DNA from: an uncultured delta proteobacterium | GTDB lineage: Bacteria; Myxococcota_A; Polyangia; Polyangiales; Polyangiaceae | Assembly (NCBI GenBank): GCA_963841435.1 | Contig: CAWJCS010000003.1 | Coordinates: 416,001-480,000 of the forward strand | Length of the DNA stretch: 64,000 nt | Reading direction: 5' to 3' | Program-made: the position numbers and the translations under genes | The notes under the pieces: model-generated | Seen by the model: the letters and a program-made list of their open reading frames with translations, nothing else | The model's database searches: none | What the model was told of the DNA's origin: nothing | In this document: positions 1 to 9,831 of the stretch, one piece after another | How positions within the stretch are numbered: the stretch's first letter is position 1 | How the letters are laid out: each line of letters begins with the position of its first letter

Positions 1-301
1 CGAGAGGGCCGTGGCGCTTCATGAGCGTGTCGACCGCTTCGAGGTTGATGGAGGCATCCTCGCGGATGGCGGTGTGGGGGCAGCCACCCGTTTCGACGCC
101 GAGGACGCGGTCGGCCGAGAGGGCGCCACTCCTGATGAGAAACTGCTCGTCTTCCTTGGTGTAGATGTCGTTCGTCACGACGGCCATGCGGAAGCGGTCG
201 CGCATGGCCTTGCACAGGGAGTTGACGAGCGCGGTCTTGCCGGAGCCCACGGGCCCACCGACGCCGACGCGCAGGGTTTCGGATTCGCTGTGTCGTTCCA
301 T
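1..301 (-). CDS. ureG: Urease accessory GTPase UreG (N-terminal part; runs off left edge)
   Basis: Not in ORF track. Reverse strand from ATG at 301 reads [23 protein letters not shown]...[11 protein letters not shown]...[20 protein letters not shown] (P-loop plus CPH motif). Lies downstream of ureF. Confidence 0.96.
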   Translation of the reverse strand, partial: MERHSESETLRVGVGGPVGSGKTALVNSLCKAMRDRFRMAVVTNDIYTKEDEQFLIRSGALSADRVLGVETGGCPHTAIREDASINLEAVDTLMKRHGPL

Positions 302-403
302 CGGCTACCAAAGTGTGGAGGTTTGCTGACTCAGTGGGGGTTCTGGGCGGCGGTCACGCGGCGACTCAGTACGACGAAGCACGAAGGCCATCGCCACGAA
401 ACG

Positions 404-1168
404 CTAGGACTTGAACAAACGAGTGTATTGCGTCTCATGAAGCGCGCTCGCGATCGCGACGCCGGGGAGCGTGGAGCCGAGCGCCGAGTCCGGCAAGGAG
501 AGAGCGAGCGAAACGGCGCCGGGAACCGCCTCAGCCGCACGACTGAGCGCGCGCTGAGCGGCGAGCTGGCCGAGCGGCAAGAGCCGCGCGAGGGCACTCA
601 CCTGACTTTCGGCCCAGGCGAAGGCGAAGGCATGGAGCGTCGGCTCGCACGGGGCCCCCGCTCGCGCAGCGCCGAGCGCGAACATCGCGGCGTGCGTCAC
701 CGACTCCGAGTCGAGGAAAGGCCGGGCGGCCGCAACACCGCGGTCGACGAGCAGCCGAGCAAGGGCACGGCCGAGCTGGCGATCTTCCTGCCGCCGCTCC
801 GAGGTTTCGCGGCACGCGAGGAGAAGCTCCGACCAGGCGAGCGCTGCCTGAGCGTCGCCGTTGGCGAAAGCGGCGTGCAGGCGGGCCACGAGCGGGAGAT
901 CGAGGCGGGCGACGCCGTCTTCGAGGTTACCGAGGAGCCACGCCGTGGCGTCGGCTTCGTTCGTGACGAAGCCGAGCTCGATCGCGGTCTCGAGTCCCTG
1001 CGAGTAGGCGAAGGCGCCGATGGGAAGCCCAGGGCTCGCGAGCTGGAGCAGGGCGATGAGCGACGGCGCCTGGAGCCAGGGCTCGGCGGGGGGCGCCGCA
1101 GGCACGGCCGGGAGCGCGCCGGCGGGGACCATGAGCTCGGCGGGGAGAAGGTCACGGTGGGCGGTCAC
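404..1168 (-). CDS. ureF: Urease accessory protein UreF
   Basis: LLQLASPGLPIGAFAYSQGLE at the N-terminus and HETQYTRLFKS at the C-terminus. Confidence 0.95.
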   Translation of the reverse strand: MTAHRDLLPAELMVPAGALPAVPAAPPAEPWLQAPSLIALLQLASPGLPIGAFAYSQGLETAIELGFVTNEADATAWLLGNLEDGVARLDLPLVARLHAAFANGDAQAALAWSELLLACRETSERRQEDRQLGRALARLLVDRGVAAARPFLDSESVTHAAMFALGAARAGAPCEPTLHAFAFAWAESQVSALARLLPLGQLAAQRALSRAAEAVPGAVSLALSLPDSALGSTLPGVAIASALHETQYTRLFKS

Positions 1169-1698
1169 GGGGCGCCGTGCTCGTGGTCGTGACCGTGATG
1201 GTCGGGGTCGTGGTCGTGCTCGTGACCGTGATGGTCGGGGTCGTGGTCGTGCTCGTGGCTGTGGTGGCCGCCGAGGCCGTAGGCGCCGCCCTCGGGGTTG
1301 AAGGGGGCTCGCTCGAAGCTGACCGTCGCGCCGAGACGCGTGGCGAGGTCGTCGAGGACGTGGTCGTGGACGTAGGCGACGCGGCCGGGCGCGATCTGCA
1401 GGGGGACGTGGCGGTTGCCGAGGTGATAGGCGACGCGCGCGAGGAGCAGCGGGTCGTTCGTCGTGGCAACGCTGAGTGGCTCCGCGGCGGCGACCACACG
1501 CACGGTGCCGCCGTCGTCCGCCACGAGCACGTTGCCGTCCACGAGCACGGTGCCGCGCGGCAAGCGCACGGCGATGACCTCGCCGCTTGCGAGCGTGGCG
1601 CGGAAGCGGTGCTTCTGGCGCGCGTCGTAGTCGAGCACGACGCGATCCTCCCGCGCTCCTGCGGGCGGCGCTTCGTGGAGGCGGCGCACTTCTCGCAT
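1165..1698 (-). CDS. ureE: Urease accessory nickel chaperone UreE with His-rich tail
   Basis: RVAYHLGNRHVPLQI, DHVLDDL and PFNPEGGAY motifs, His-rich C-terminus. ATG at 1698 directly follows the ureC stop. Confidence 0.95.
   Translation of the reverse strand: MREVRRLHEAPPAGAREDRVVLDYDARQKHRFRATLASGEVIAVRLPRGTVLVDGNVLVADDGGTVRVVAAAEPLSVATTNDPLLLARVAYHLGNRHVPLQIAPGRVAYVHDHVLDDLATRLGATVSFERAPFNPEGGAYGLGGHHSHEHDHDPDHHGHEHDHDPDHHGHDHEHGAP
1188..1253 (-). repeat. 33-bp tandem duplication in the ureE His tail (EHDHDPDHHGH x2)
   Basis: cgtgaccgtgatggtcggggtcgtggtcgtgct occurs twice in tandem. Confidence 0.85.
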
Positions 1699-1699
1699 G

Positions 1700-3403
1700 T
1701 CAGAACAAGAAGTAGCGCTGGGTGAGCGGAAGCGTCTTCGCCGGCTCGCACGTGAGCAACGTGCCGTCGGCGCGCACCTCATAGGTCTGTGAATCGACTT
1801 CTATTTTCGGCAAGGCGGCGTTGTGCACCATGTCCTTCTTCGCGATACCGCGCGTACCCTTCACGGCAACGAGACGCTTTTGGAGCCGGAGCCGCTCACC
1901 GAGACCGGCAGCGAGCGCCGCCTGCGAGACGAACGAGACGCTCGTCGCCGGAAGGGCGCCACCGTACGCGCCGAACATCGGTCGGTAGTGCACGGGCTGT
2001 GGCGTCGGGATCGACGCGTTCGGGTCGCCCATGGGCGCGGCCACGATCATGCCGCCCTTGATGATCATCGCGGGCTTCACGCCAAAGCACGCCGGGGAAA
2101 AGAGCACGATGTCGGCAAGCTTGCCTGCCTCGATCGAGCCGACCTCCGTGGCGATGCCGTGCGCGATGGCGGGATTGATCGTGTACTTGGCGATGTAGCG
2201 CCGCACGCGAAAATTGTCGCTCTCGGCGCTGTCTTCCGGCAACGCGCCGCGCTGCATCTTCATCTTGTGCGCCGTTTGCCAGGTGCGGATGCCGACCTCG
2301 CCGACGCGGCCCATCGCCTGCGAATCGGAGGCAATCATGCTGAACGCGCCGAGATCGTGCAAAATGTCCTCGGCGGCGATCGTCTCGCGGCGAATGCGCG
2401 ACTCGGCAAACGCCACGTCCTCGGGAATCGAAGGATCGAGATGGTGACACACCATGAGCATGTCGAGGTGCTCGTCGATGGTGTTCACGGTGAACGGCCG
2501 CGTGGGGTTCGTCGACGAAGGCAAGACGTTCGGCTCGCCGCAGGCGCGGATGATGTCCGGCGCGTGCCCGCCACCCGCACCCTCGGTGTGGTACGCGTGG
2601 ATGGTCCTACCCTTGAACGCGGCGAACGTGTCCTCCACGAAGCCGGACTCGTTGAGCGTGTCGGTGTGGATGGCGACCTGCACGTCGTAGCGGTCGGCCA
2701 CGCCGAGGCAGCAGTCGATGGCCGCGGGCGTCGTGCCCCAGTCTTCGTGGAGCTTCAGACCCATGGCGCCGGCCGTGACCTGCTCCTCGAGCGCGTCGGG
2801 CAGGCTCGCGTTACCCTTGCCCAAAAATCCGAGGTTCATCGGCAACCCGTCGGCCGCCTGGAGCATGCGCGCGAGGTACCAGGGGCCAGGGGTGCAGGTG
2901 GTGGCGTTGGTGCCGGCGGCGGGGCCCGTGCCGCCGCCGAGCATCGTCGTGACGCCGCTCATGAGCGCGTCTTCGATCTGCTGCGGGCAGATGAAGTGAA
3001 TGTGCGCGTCGATGCCGCCGGGGACGGCAATGAGCCCTTCGCCGGCGATGACCTCGGTGCCCGGACCGACGACGATGTCGACGCCGGGCTGAACGTCGGG
3101 GTTGCCCCCCTTTCCGATCTTGGCGATGCGGCCGTCCTTGATGCCGATGTCGGCTTTGACGATGCCCCAGTGGTCGACGATGAGGGCGTTGGTGATGACG
3201 GTATCGACGGTCTCGGCGCTCGTGCGCTGCCCCTGCCCCATGCCGTCACGGATGACCTTGCCGCCGCCGAACTTGATTTCCTCGCCGTAGAGCGTGAGGT
3301 CCTTCTCGACGCTGATGAAGAGCTCGGTGTCGGCGAGGCGCAGCCGGTCGCCGACCGTCGGCCCGTACATCGACGCGTAGGCGCTGCGCGAGATGCGGGT
3401 CAT
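1700..3403 (-). CDS. ureC: Urease subunit alpha
   Basis: [19 protein letters not shown] start, [31 protein letters not shown], and LTQRYFLF end. True start 3403 (ATGA overlap with ureB stop). Confidence 0.98.
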   Translation of the reverse strand: MTRISRSAYASMYGPTVGDRLRLADTELFISVEKDLTLYGEEIKFGGGKVIRDGMGQGQRTSAETVDTVITNALIVDHWGIVKADIGIKDGRIAKIGKGGNPDVQPGVDIVVGPGTEVIAGEGLIAVPGGIDAHIHFICPQQIEDALMSGVTTMLGGGTGPAAGTNATTCTPGPWYLARMLQAADGLPMNLGFLGKGNASLPDALEEQVTAGAMGLKLHEDWGTTPAAIDCCLGVADRYDVQVAIHTDTLNESGFVEDTFAAFKGRTIHAYHTEGAGGGHAPDIIRACGEPNVLPSSTNPTRPFTVNTIDEHLDMLMVCHHLDPSIPEDVAFAESRIRRETIAAEDILHDLGAFSMIASDSQAMGRVGEVGIRTWQTAHKMKMQRGALPEDSAESDNFRVRRYIAKYTINPAIAHGIATEVGSIEAGKLADIVLFSPACFGVKPAMIIKGGMIVAAPMGDPNASIPTPQPVHYRPMFGAYGGALPATSVSFVSQAALAAGLGERLRLQKRLVAVKGTRGIAKKDMVHNAALPKIEVDSQTYEVRADGTLLTCEPAKTLPLTQRYFLF

Positions 3404-3717
3404 CGTCCGCCTCCGAGCGCGCCCATGACGCGACCCTGGAAGCCATAGACCTTGCCGTCGCCGGCGTATTTCACGAGCGTTACCTCCCGCTCCTGGCCGG
3501 GCTCGAAGCGCACCGCCGTGCCCGCGGCGACGTTGAGGCGATAGCCGCGCGTCGGCTCGCGGTCGAAACGGAGGGCCTGGTTCGTCTCGTAGAAGTGATA
3601 GTGCGAACCGACCTGGATGGGTCAATCGCCGGTGTTCGCAACGCGCACCGTGAGCGTGGGGCGACCCTCGTTCAGCTCGATGTCGCCGGGTTTCGTGAAA
3701 AGCTCGCCGGGAATCAT
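3400..3717 (-). pseudogene. ureB: Urease subunit beta interrupted by an in-frame TGA at 3622-3624 (nonsense mutation or base-call error)
   Basis: Reads [45 protein letters not shown]...[12 protein letters not shown]...[16 protein letters not shown]. The stop sits at the conserved Arg of GDRPIQVGSH and the frame is otherwise intact. Confidence 0.9.
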
Positions 3718-3734
3718 GTCTTGACTTTCGTGGC

Positions 3735-4037
3735 TCAAAGGATGGGCTGGTGCACGGTGACGAGCTTCGTGCCGTCGGGGAACGTCGCTTCGGCCTGAAC
3801 CTCGTGAATCATCTCGGGCACTCCCTCCATCACGTCGTCGCGCGTGAGAAGCGTGGCGCCGTGGCTCATGAGCTCGGCCACGGTGCGCCCGTCGCGCGCG
3901 CCTTCGAGGATGGCGGCCGTGATGTAAGCGACCGCTTCGGGGTAGTTGAGCTTCAAGCCGCGCGCCTTGCGCCGCTCCGCGAGCAGCGCCGCCGTGAAAA
4001 TCAGCAGTTTGTCCTTTTCTCTCGGGCTAAGCTCCAT
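3735..4037 (-). CDS. ureA: Urease subunit gamma
   Basis: [37 protein letters not shown]...[17 protein letters not shown], preceded by a gaggag RBS. Confidence 0.97.
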   Translation of the reverse strand: MELSPREKDKLLIFTAALLAERRKARGLKLNYPEAVAYITAAILEGARDGRTVAELMSHGATLLTRDDVMEGVPEMIHEVQAEATFPDGTKLVTVHQPIL

Positions 4038-4044
4038 GGTCTCC

Positions 4045-4899
4045 TCACGTGTTCCAGATGCGGGGCTGACAGGGGGACTTTTCGAGGACGTGCTCGCGCG
4101 CGACGACCCAGGCGGGCTCGAGCAAGCGACGCACGCGATCGGCACCGTGGCCCAGCGCGCGACAAACGACGGCGCCGCCCACGTCGGTGACGGCGAAAAG
4201 GTCGCCCTCGGCGCTCGGGCGCACCAGCGCGCGAAGAGCGTCCACGACGCCCCCCGCCGGGCCGACGGCGACGAGGCAACCGTAAGCGCTCCGCCCGCCG
4301 AGCCCAAAGGGGCCACGCCGGCTCGCCGCGCGCGCGTCGACGCTGAGGCGCTCGACGAGCAGCGGCTTGCCACCGACCCAGAGCTCGGTTTTCTGATCGA
4401 GGCGGCCAACGTCGAAATCATCGCCCGACGCGGGCCGGCCGAGACACGCGATATCCCAACCGACGTAGCGCGCGCCGGGCTCGAGCTCGACGCGCGTCTG
4501 CATTTCGGCGCGGGCGCCGCCGAAGGCGAGCGTTTCCTGCGGTAGCCACTCGAGGGTCGCGCCGGTGCTCACATGCAGGGACTGGCGTACGGTCGCGAGC
4601 GGGCCACGGGTCCGGTAGAGCTTCGTGGCGGCGGGCGTCGTCAAAAGGGCGCGCGCTCCCGAGCGCACCTCGATCGAGAGGTCCAGGATGTCTCCGCCGG
4701 CGATGCCGCCTGGCGGGTGCAAGACGACGACGTGCGCGGTGCCGTCGGGCTCCGGGTAAAATGCCCGCTGCACCATGAGCGGACCCTCGTGGGACCGGCG
4801 GACGAGCACCGTGCGGCTCCCCAGGAGCCCTAGCTCGAGGTCGAGACGTGCGTGCCAGCCCCCCGGGGCGGTCGGGCGAAGCTCGGCGACGGTCATCAC
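4045..4899 (-). CDS. ureD: Urease accessory protein UreD
   Basis: [41 protein letters not shown] and PRIWNT motifs. Confidence 0.95.
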   Translation of the reverse strand: MMTVAELRPTAPGGWHARLDLELGLLGSRTVLVRRSHEGPLMVQRAFYPEPDGTAHVVVLHPPGGIAGGDILDLSIEVRSGARALLTTPAATKLYRTRGPLATVRQSLHVSTGATLEWLPQETLAFGGARAEMQTRVELEPGARYVGWDIACLGRPASGDDFDVGRLDQKTELWVGGKPLLVERLSVDARAASRRGPFGLGGRSAYGCLVAVGPAGGVVDALRALVRPSAEGDLFAVTDVGGAVVCRALGHGADRVRRLLEPAWVVAREHVLEKSPCQPRIWNT

Positions 4900-4998
4900 G
4901 ACCGAACGCGAATACGACGAGCAATCCCCCGAATCAAGCCGAACTCCTGGGATTGACGCGTGGCGGGGACGCGGAAACCCGCCGGATACACACGCGGC

Positions 4999-5616
4999 TC
5001 AGGCGACCTTCGTGAGCCAGATGTCGGCCTCGCGCTCGACGTGCCGCCACTCCGGATTGCGCGCTGGATCGCGAAGGCCCGAAACGAGAGCGCGGAACTC
5101 GCCTTCGAGCTCGGGAGCAAATTCGAAGTAGGTGAGGAAGTCCCAGCCGGCGCCCGGGACACCGCGACCGTGATAGAGCTTGCGCAGGATCTGTTTCGCC
5201 ACCGGGCGGCCGACGTTCACGTGACCCTCCGACGTGCCGGCGCCGCGAAAGAGCTGATCGCGCTCGTCGTGCGCCAGCTCCCACCAGGCCGCGCTCTTGG
5301 TGATGGGAATGATGACGACGTGCGCGTCGGCGCCCGGGCTCGTCGCCGGCGCGAGCTCGGCGCGCTCGGCGGCGCGCGTGTACCCGAGGTGCTGCGTGAC
5401 GGCGACGAGGTCACCCGCACCGTCGGGCAACCCGACGCTCGATTCGATCCGTGCGAAAGAGAGTCCAGGCTCGATGCCCTCGAGCGCCGCGCCGCGCACG
5501 TTCGTGACGCTCACGACCTTCAGACGATCGATTACCTCGCCTGCGCTGGGCTCGCGTCCGCCGTCGAGACGAGTGAAGCGAACCCACGTGGACGGAGGAA
5601 CCTGAGGACAGTGCAT
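4999..5616 (-). CDS. Short (clade II-like) chlorite dismutase family heme protein
   Basis: IPITKSAAWWELAHDER...H-x12-R(KLYHGR)...DFLTYFEF...PEWRHVEREADIWL matches the short Cld pattern. Confidence 0.8.
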   Translation of the reverse strand: MHCPQVPPSTWVRFTRLDGGREPSAGEVIDRLKVVSVTNVRGAALEGIEPGLSFARIESSVGLPDGAGDLVAVTQHLGYTRAAERAELAPATSPGADAHVVIIPITKSAAWWELAHDERDQLFRGAGTSEGHVNVGRPVAKQILRKLYHGRGVPGAGWDFLTYFEFAPELEGEFRALVSGLRDPARNPEWRHVEREADIWLTKVA

Positions 5617-5860
5617 GCGGCCTTGTCACCACGGCCGCCGCGGCGCGTCAACGGTCTCGTCCGACTCGACGAGAGTTTTTCGTCGAAGCCGGACGGGATG
5701 CGCACACCTGCCTGCATCGCCTCACCCCGTTCTCGCGCTCACAGCGGAAACGACAAGAAATTCGAGGGGTAACGAGGTTGCCGATCTCACCCTCGGGCGT
5801 TAGCTTCGTCAGAAGGTGGCGCGGGCTTCGAAGGTACGAAACGAAGAGACACGACGTGTC

Positions 5861-7660
5861 GTGAGCTGGAGCTTGCCCACGGCCTTTGCGGCGGCTCTGC
5901 CATTTTTGGTGCTCGCCTGTGGCACGGTCGCGCCGACACCCGCACCAGGCGGCAACGGTGCCGCCGCCGGCCAGGGTGCGACGGGCGGCGCCGCCGGCGG
6001 CGGCGGCAGCGGCGCGGGCGGGGGTAGCGGCGGCAGCAGCGGCTCGATCGGCGTCGGCGGATCCGGAAACGCGGGGGGCGCAGCGGGTGGCGGCGCGCAG
6101 GCGGGACAGTCTCAAGGTGGCTTCGGCGGCCAGGCACCCCCCGTCGGCGGCGAGCTCAGCGACTGCAGCACGCCCGGCCCGCGCCTCATCCGGCGCCTCA
6201 CCTCGATCCAGCTCCGCAACACGCTCGTCGACGCGTTTCAGGACCAGAGCGTCCCCTCGGCCGACGTGCTCACCGATCCTTCGGTGTTGCGCTTCCGCGT
6301 CGATGCCGACGCCGCCGTCGTGCGCGACCTCGATGCGGCCCTGTTGATCGACTACGCGGAAAAGGTCGCCGAATGGGCGGTGCCGAGCAAGCTTTCGCTG
6401 TTCACGTCGTGCACGACGAACGACGCGAGCTGCCAGCGCGAGCTGATTCAAAACCTCGGCACGAAGCTCTACCGCGAGCCGCTTCTCGACGCGCGCGTCG
6501 GAGACTACCTCGCGCTCTTTGCCGCGGAGCAAAGCTTCGAGGACGGGGCCAAGGTCGTCATCGCGACGCTGATCCAGTCGCCGTACCTGCTCTATCGACG
6601 CGAGCTCGGCGCGCCGGATCCGAACGAGCCGGGTCGCTGGGCGCTCACGCCGTACGAGGTCGCGAGCGAGCTCTCGTACTTCCTGCTCGACACGGCGCCC
6701 GATGCGACGCTGCTCGCCGCCGCCGCCGCGAACGCGCTCGGCACGGCCGAGGCCATCGACCAGCAGGCAGCGCGGCTGCTCAATACGCCGGCCGCCAAGC
6801 TCCCGGTCGCGCGCTTCGCGTCGGGCTGGCTCGAGCTCGACGGCCTGCCGACGAAGGCGAAGGACGACGCGACCTTTGCTCTGACACCCGAGCTTCGCGC
6901 CTCGATGCAGGGCGAAGCATCCGAGTTTTTCGCGAGCACGTTCGCCGCGGGCGCCGACGTGACGACGCTCCTCACCGCCGACTACACGTACGTCGACGCG
7001 GCGCTCGCTGCGTTCTACGGGCTCGCCGCGGGCGGCGCGGGTTTTCAGCGCGTCGAGCTCGCGGGCACCCAGCGTGCCCCGGGGCTCCTCGGCCAGGCGG
7101 GCTTTCTCACGGCGCATGCGCAGCCGGAGAACTCCTCGCCCACGCAGCGCGGTCGCTTCGTGCGCGAGCGACTGCTCTGCGATCCGATCCCCGCCATGCC
7201 GACCGATCTCGACACGAACCTCGCGAGCGGCGCGGGCTTCACGACGAACCGCGAGCGCTACACCGAGCACACGAGGAACCCCGTGTGCGCGGGCTGTCAC
7301 ACGATGTTCGACCCAACCGGCTTCGCATTCGAGCACTACGACGGCTTCGGCCGCTACCGTGACCAGGAAAACGGCGTCACCATCGACGCCACGGGGCTGC
7401 TCACCGAAGGGCCCACGGGCGACGTGCCGCTCGATGGCTTGCCATCGCTCGTGAGCTACCTCGCGTCGGAAGATCGCGTGCGTGCCTGCCTCGTGCGCTT
7501 CTGGTCGTACTACGCCCACGGTCGCGACAACTGGACCGAAAAGAAGTGCAACGACGACGCCGTGCGGCGCGACGCCGCCGCACACGGCTACTCGCTCTAC
7601 TCCATCGTCACCGGCATTCTCCACGCGCCGACCTTCTCGCAGAGGGTGGTGGATCCATGA
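5861..7660 (+). CDS. DUF1592/DUF1588/DUF1595-type (PSD) lipoprotein with CxxCH
   Basis: Lipobox VLAC, Gly-rich linker, IRRLTSIQLRNTL, LIQSPYLLYRRE, ASELSYFL, SSPTQRGRFVRERLLC, CAGCH, FEHYDGFGRYR. Start uncertain (5816 or 5861). Confidence 0.85.
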   Translation: MSWSLPTAFAAALPFLVLACGTVAPTPAPGGNGAAAGQGATGGAAGGGGSGAGGGSGGSSGSIGVGGSGNAGGAAGGGAQAGQSQGGFGGQAPPVGGELSDCSTPGPRLIRRLTSIQLRNTLVDAFQDQSVPSADVLTDPSVLRFRVDADAAVVRDLDAALLIDYAEKVAEWAVPSKLSLFTSCTTNDASCQRELIQNLGTKLYREPLLDARVGDYLALFAAEQSFEDGAKVVIATLIQSPYLLYRRELGAPDPNEPGRWALTPYEVASELSYFLLDTAPDATLLAAAAANALGTAEAIDQQAARLLNTPAAKLPVARFASGWLELDGLPTKAKDDATFALTPELRASMQGEASEFFASTFAAGADVTTLLTADYTYVDAALAAFYGLAAGGAGFQRVELAGTQRAPGLLGQAGFLTAHAQPENSSPTQRGRFVRERLLCDPIPAMPTDLDTNLASGAGFTTNRERYTEHTRNPVCAGCHTMFDPTGFAFEHYDGFGRYRDQENGVTIDATGLLTEGPTGDVPLDGLPSLVSYLASEDRVRACLVRFWSYYAHGRDNWTEKKCNDDAVRRDAAAHGYSLYSIVTGILHAPTFSQRVVDP

Positions 7661-8958
7661 AAAGTACCAGCCTGCTCCGGCGTCGCGCATTTTTGCAGAG
7701 CGCGGGGCTCGCCACGCTGTTCGCGCCGTTCGTCGAGCTCGTGCGCGCGCCGAACGCGAGCGCCGCCCCCGTCGGCGGCTACGAGAACCTGTTGTTGTTC
7801 TTCACGTCCGGGACGGACATCGCGTCATGGACGCCCAAGGGCTCGACCGACACGAAGATCGTGTGGAGCCCGATGACCGAGCCGCTCGAGCCGCTCAAAG
7901 CGAACCTCGTGCTCGTGGAGAAGCTCTCCAGCAACGGCACGGCCGACTCGCACGGTTCGCCCGGCGGCCTCACGGGTAAGGGCTACGGCGCGCCGACTCA
8001 CATCTCGATCGAGCAGTGGGTGAGCGACCAGCTGCCGCAGACGCCCATCAAGAACCTGCTGCTCGGCGGCGTGAGCACCGAGCAGCAGACCACTTTTTAC
8101 CGCGATGGTCGGGCTCTCTCCCCCATCTTCTCGGTGAGCGCGGCGCACCAGGCCATCTTCGGTGGGTTCACGCCGCCGTCGGATACCCCGCCTGATCCGA
8201 ACGTGCCCGACGACAAGACGCGCCGCCGCACGAGCTCGCTCGATCTCGTGAAGCGCGAGCTCGCCGAGCTCTCGCAAACGTTGGGCGCGACGGAGCGCCA
8301 GAAGCTCGAGCTTCACGCCGATTCGATTCGCCAGCTCGAGCTCACGCTCGCATCGGGCGGCGGGGGCGGTCCGCCGCCGGCGGCTTCGTGCGCCGTGCCG
8401 GCAGTACCGACGGCAGAGTCCGAAGTGCTCCTGAACAGCGTGAAGCACTTGGACCTCGCGGTGATGGCGCTCGCGTGCGGCCGCACGCGCGTGGCCGCCG
8501 TGCAGTTCGGTCACCACCAGAACACGCAGGTGTCACTGCCGGAGGTGGGCGCACCGGGCGACTGGCACAACACGTTCCTGCACTCCGACATGGCGCCACG
8601 CCAGCGCCTCATCGCCCTCGAACGCTGGCTCTGCGGGCAGTTCGTCGCTGCTGCCGAAAAGCTCAAGGCCATCCCCCTTTCGGGCGGCGCCGGCACGCTG
8701 TTCGACAAAACACTCATGGTGTGGGCGCGCGACATGGGCGACGGCGTGCTCCACAGCGGTAGCGACATGCGCTTCGTCTTCGCGGGTGGCGACAATGGCT
8801 ACCTGAAGCTCTCGCCCGACGGCCGCTACATCGACGGCCAGGGCGCGCCGCACCAGAACGCGCTCATCAGCATGGCCGAAGCGCTCGGCATCGCCGACTA
8901 CCAGGACTTCGGCGACCCCTCGCACCCGCGCGTGCCACTCGCTGGGCTCGGCACCTGA
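7657..8958 (+). CDS. DUF1552 family protein, Tat-exported
   Basis: RRRAFL twin-arginine signal, SIEQWV, ERQKLELHADSIRQLE, ALACGRTRVA, TLFDKTLMVW. ATGA overlap with the upstream DUF1592 gene. Confidence 0.85.
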   Translation: MKSTSLLRRRAFLQSAGLATLFAPFVELVRAPNASAAPVGGYENLLLFFTSGTDIASWTPKGSTDTKIVWSPMTEPLEPLKANLVLVEKLSSNGTADSHGSPGGLTGKGYGAPTHISIEQWVSDQLPQTPIKNLLLGGVSTEQQTTFYRDGRALSPIFSVSAAHQAIFGGFTPPSDTPPDPNVPDDKTRRRTSSLDLVKRELAELSQTLGATERQKLELHADSIRQLELTLASGGGGGPPPAASCAVPAVPTAESEVLLNSVKHLDLAVMALACGRTRVAAVQFGHHQNTQVSLPEVGAPGDWHNTFLHSDMAPRQRLIALERWLCGQFVAAAEKLKAIPLSGGAGTLFDKTLMVWARDMGDGVLHSGSDMRFVFAGGDNGYLKLSPDGRYIDGQGAPHQNALISMAEALGIADYQDFGDPSHPRVPLAGLGT

Positions 8959-9031
8959 GAGCGGCGGCGGGTCGGCTCGCGCTCCATCGCAAGCTTTTGG
9001 CCGCAGACCCCGGCGGCGCTCGGAAGGGCGC

Positions 9032-9694
9032 TCAGAACGCGTCCCAGTGCGGGATCGTCAAGGGCTCCTTCACCGCCTCCGCCTCCCACGAGCGGAACGC
9101 GGGATTGTCGAGCACGGCGTCAACGTAGCGGGCCGCCTCGGACGCGAGCGGCACGGCGTAGGTGCGGAAGCGCGCGGCGACCGGCGTGAAGAAGGCGTCG
9201 GCGATGCTCGGCTCGGCGCCGAACAGGTACGGACCGCCCGAGCCGAAGCGGGCACGCAAATCGCGCCAGAGCGCCTGAACGCGCTCCACGTCGCGGCGCA
9301 CGGCAGCGTCGAGCGGACGGGGAGCGGCGCGCCGGCGGATGTTGCACGGCAGCGCGGCGCGGAGTGCCGCGAAGCTCGAGTGCATCTCGCATGTGGCAGC
9401 GCGCGCGAGCGCCCGTGCGAGCGGCTCCTCCGGCCACAGCTGCGGCGCCTTCTCCGCCGCCCACTCCGATATCGCGAGCGAATCCTGAATGCGAGTCTCG
9501 CCGAGGTGCAAAACGGGCACCGTGCCCGTCTCGGAGACGGCGAGCACGCCCGGCACGAGGCGCTCGAGGTAACCCGGACCACCGAGCGGGATGACGCGCG
9601 CTTCGAAGTCGATGCCGCTCCAGGTGAGAGCGAGCCAGGGGCGTAGCGACCACGAGGAATAGTTCTTGTTGCCGATGTAGAGGATGGGGGTCAC
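9032..9694 (-). CDS. Glutathione S-transferase family protein
   Basis: LYIGNKNYSSWSLRPWL, GTVPVL, DSLAISEW, CEMHSSF, SIADAFFTPV motifs. Confidence 0.92.
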   Translation of the reverse strand: MTPILYIGNKNYSSWSLRPWLALTWSGIDFEARVIPLGGPGYLERLVPGVLAVSETGTVPVLHLGETRIQDSLAISEWAAEKAPQLWPEEPLARALARAATCEMHSSFAALRAALPCNIRRRAAPRPLDAAVRRDVERVQALWRDLRARFGSGGPYLFGAEPSIADAFFTPVAARFRTYAVPLASEAARYVDAVLDNPAFRSWEAEAVKEPLTIPHWDAF

Positions 9695-9831
9695 GAACGG
9701 AGGGTTTCACGCCGGCGCGCGGCGCGCACGTGGCCGCCGAGCCGGTCGCGGGTGGCCTCGAGGCGCGCCGGGGACCCAGCCGCCGAAAACCGCCTCGGAC
9801 GTCCGCGACGCGAAGCGGCGGGTCCGGCCGT

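Noticed and set aside
11-3448. Long plus-strand ORFs (11-1192, 1823-3448) opposite the urease genes
   Set aside because: Antisense shadow ORFs typical of high-GC coding DNA. The minus strand carries the recognisable proteins.
3622-3624. Selenocysteine or genetic-code reassignment explanation for the ureB TGA
   Set aside because: The position is a conserved Arg, not Cys or Trp. No evident SECIS hairpin follows, and TGA is used as a normal stop by many genes in the window.
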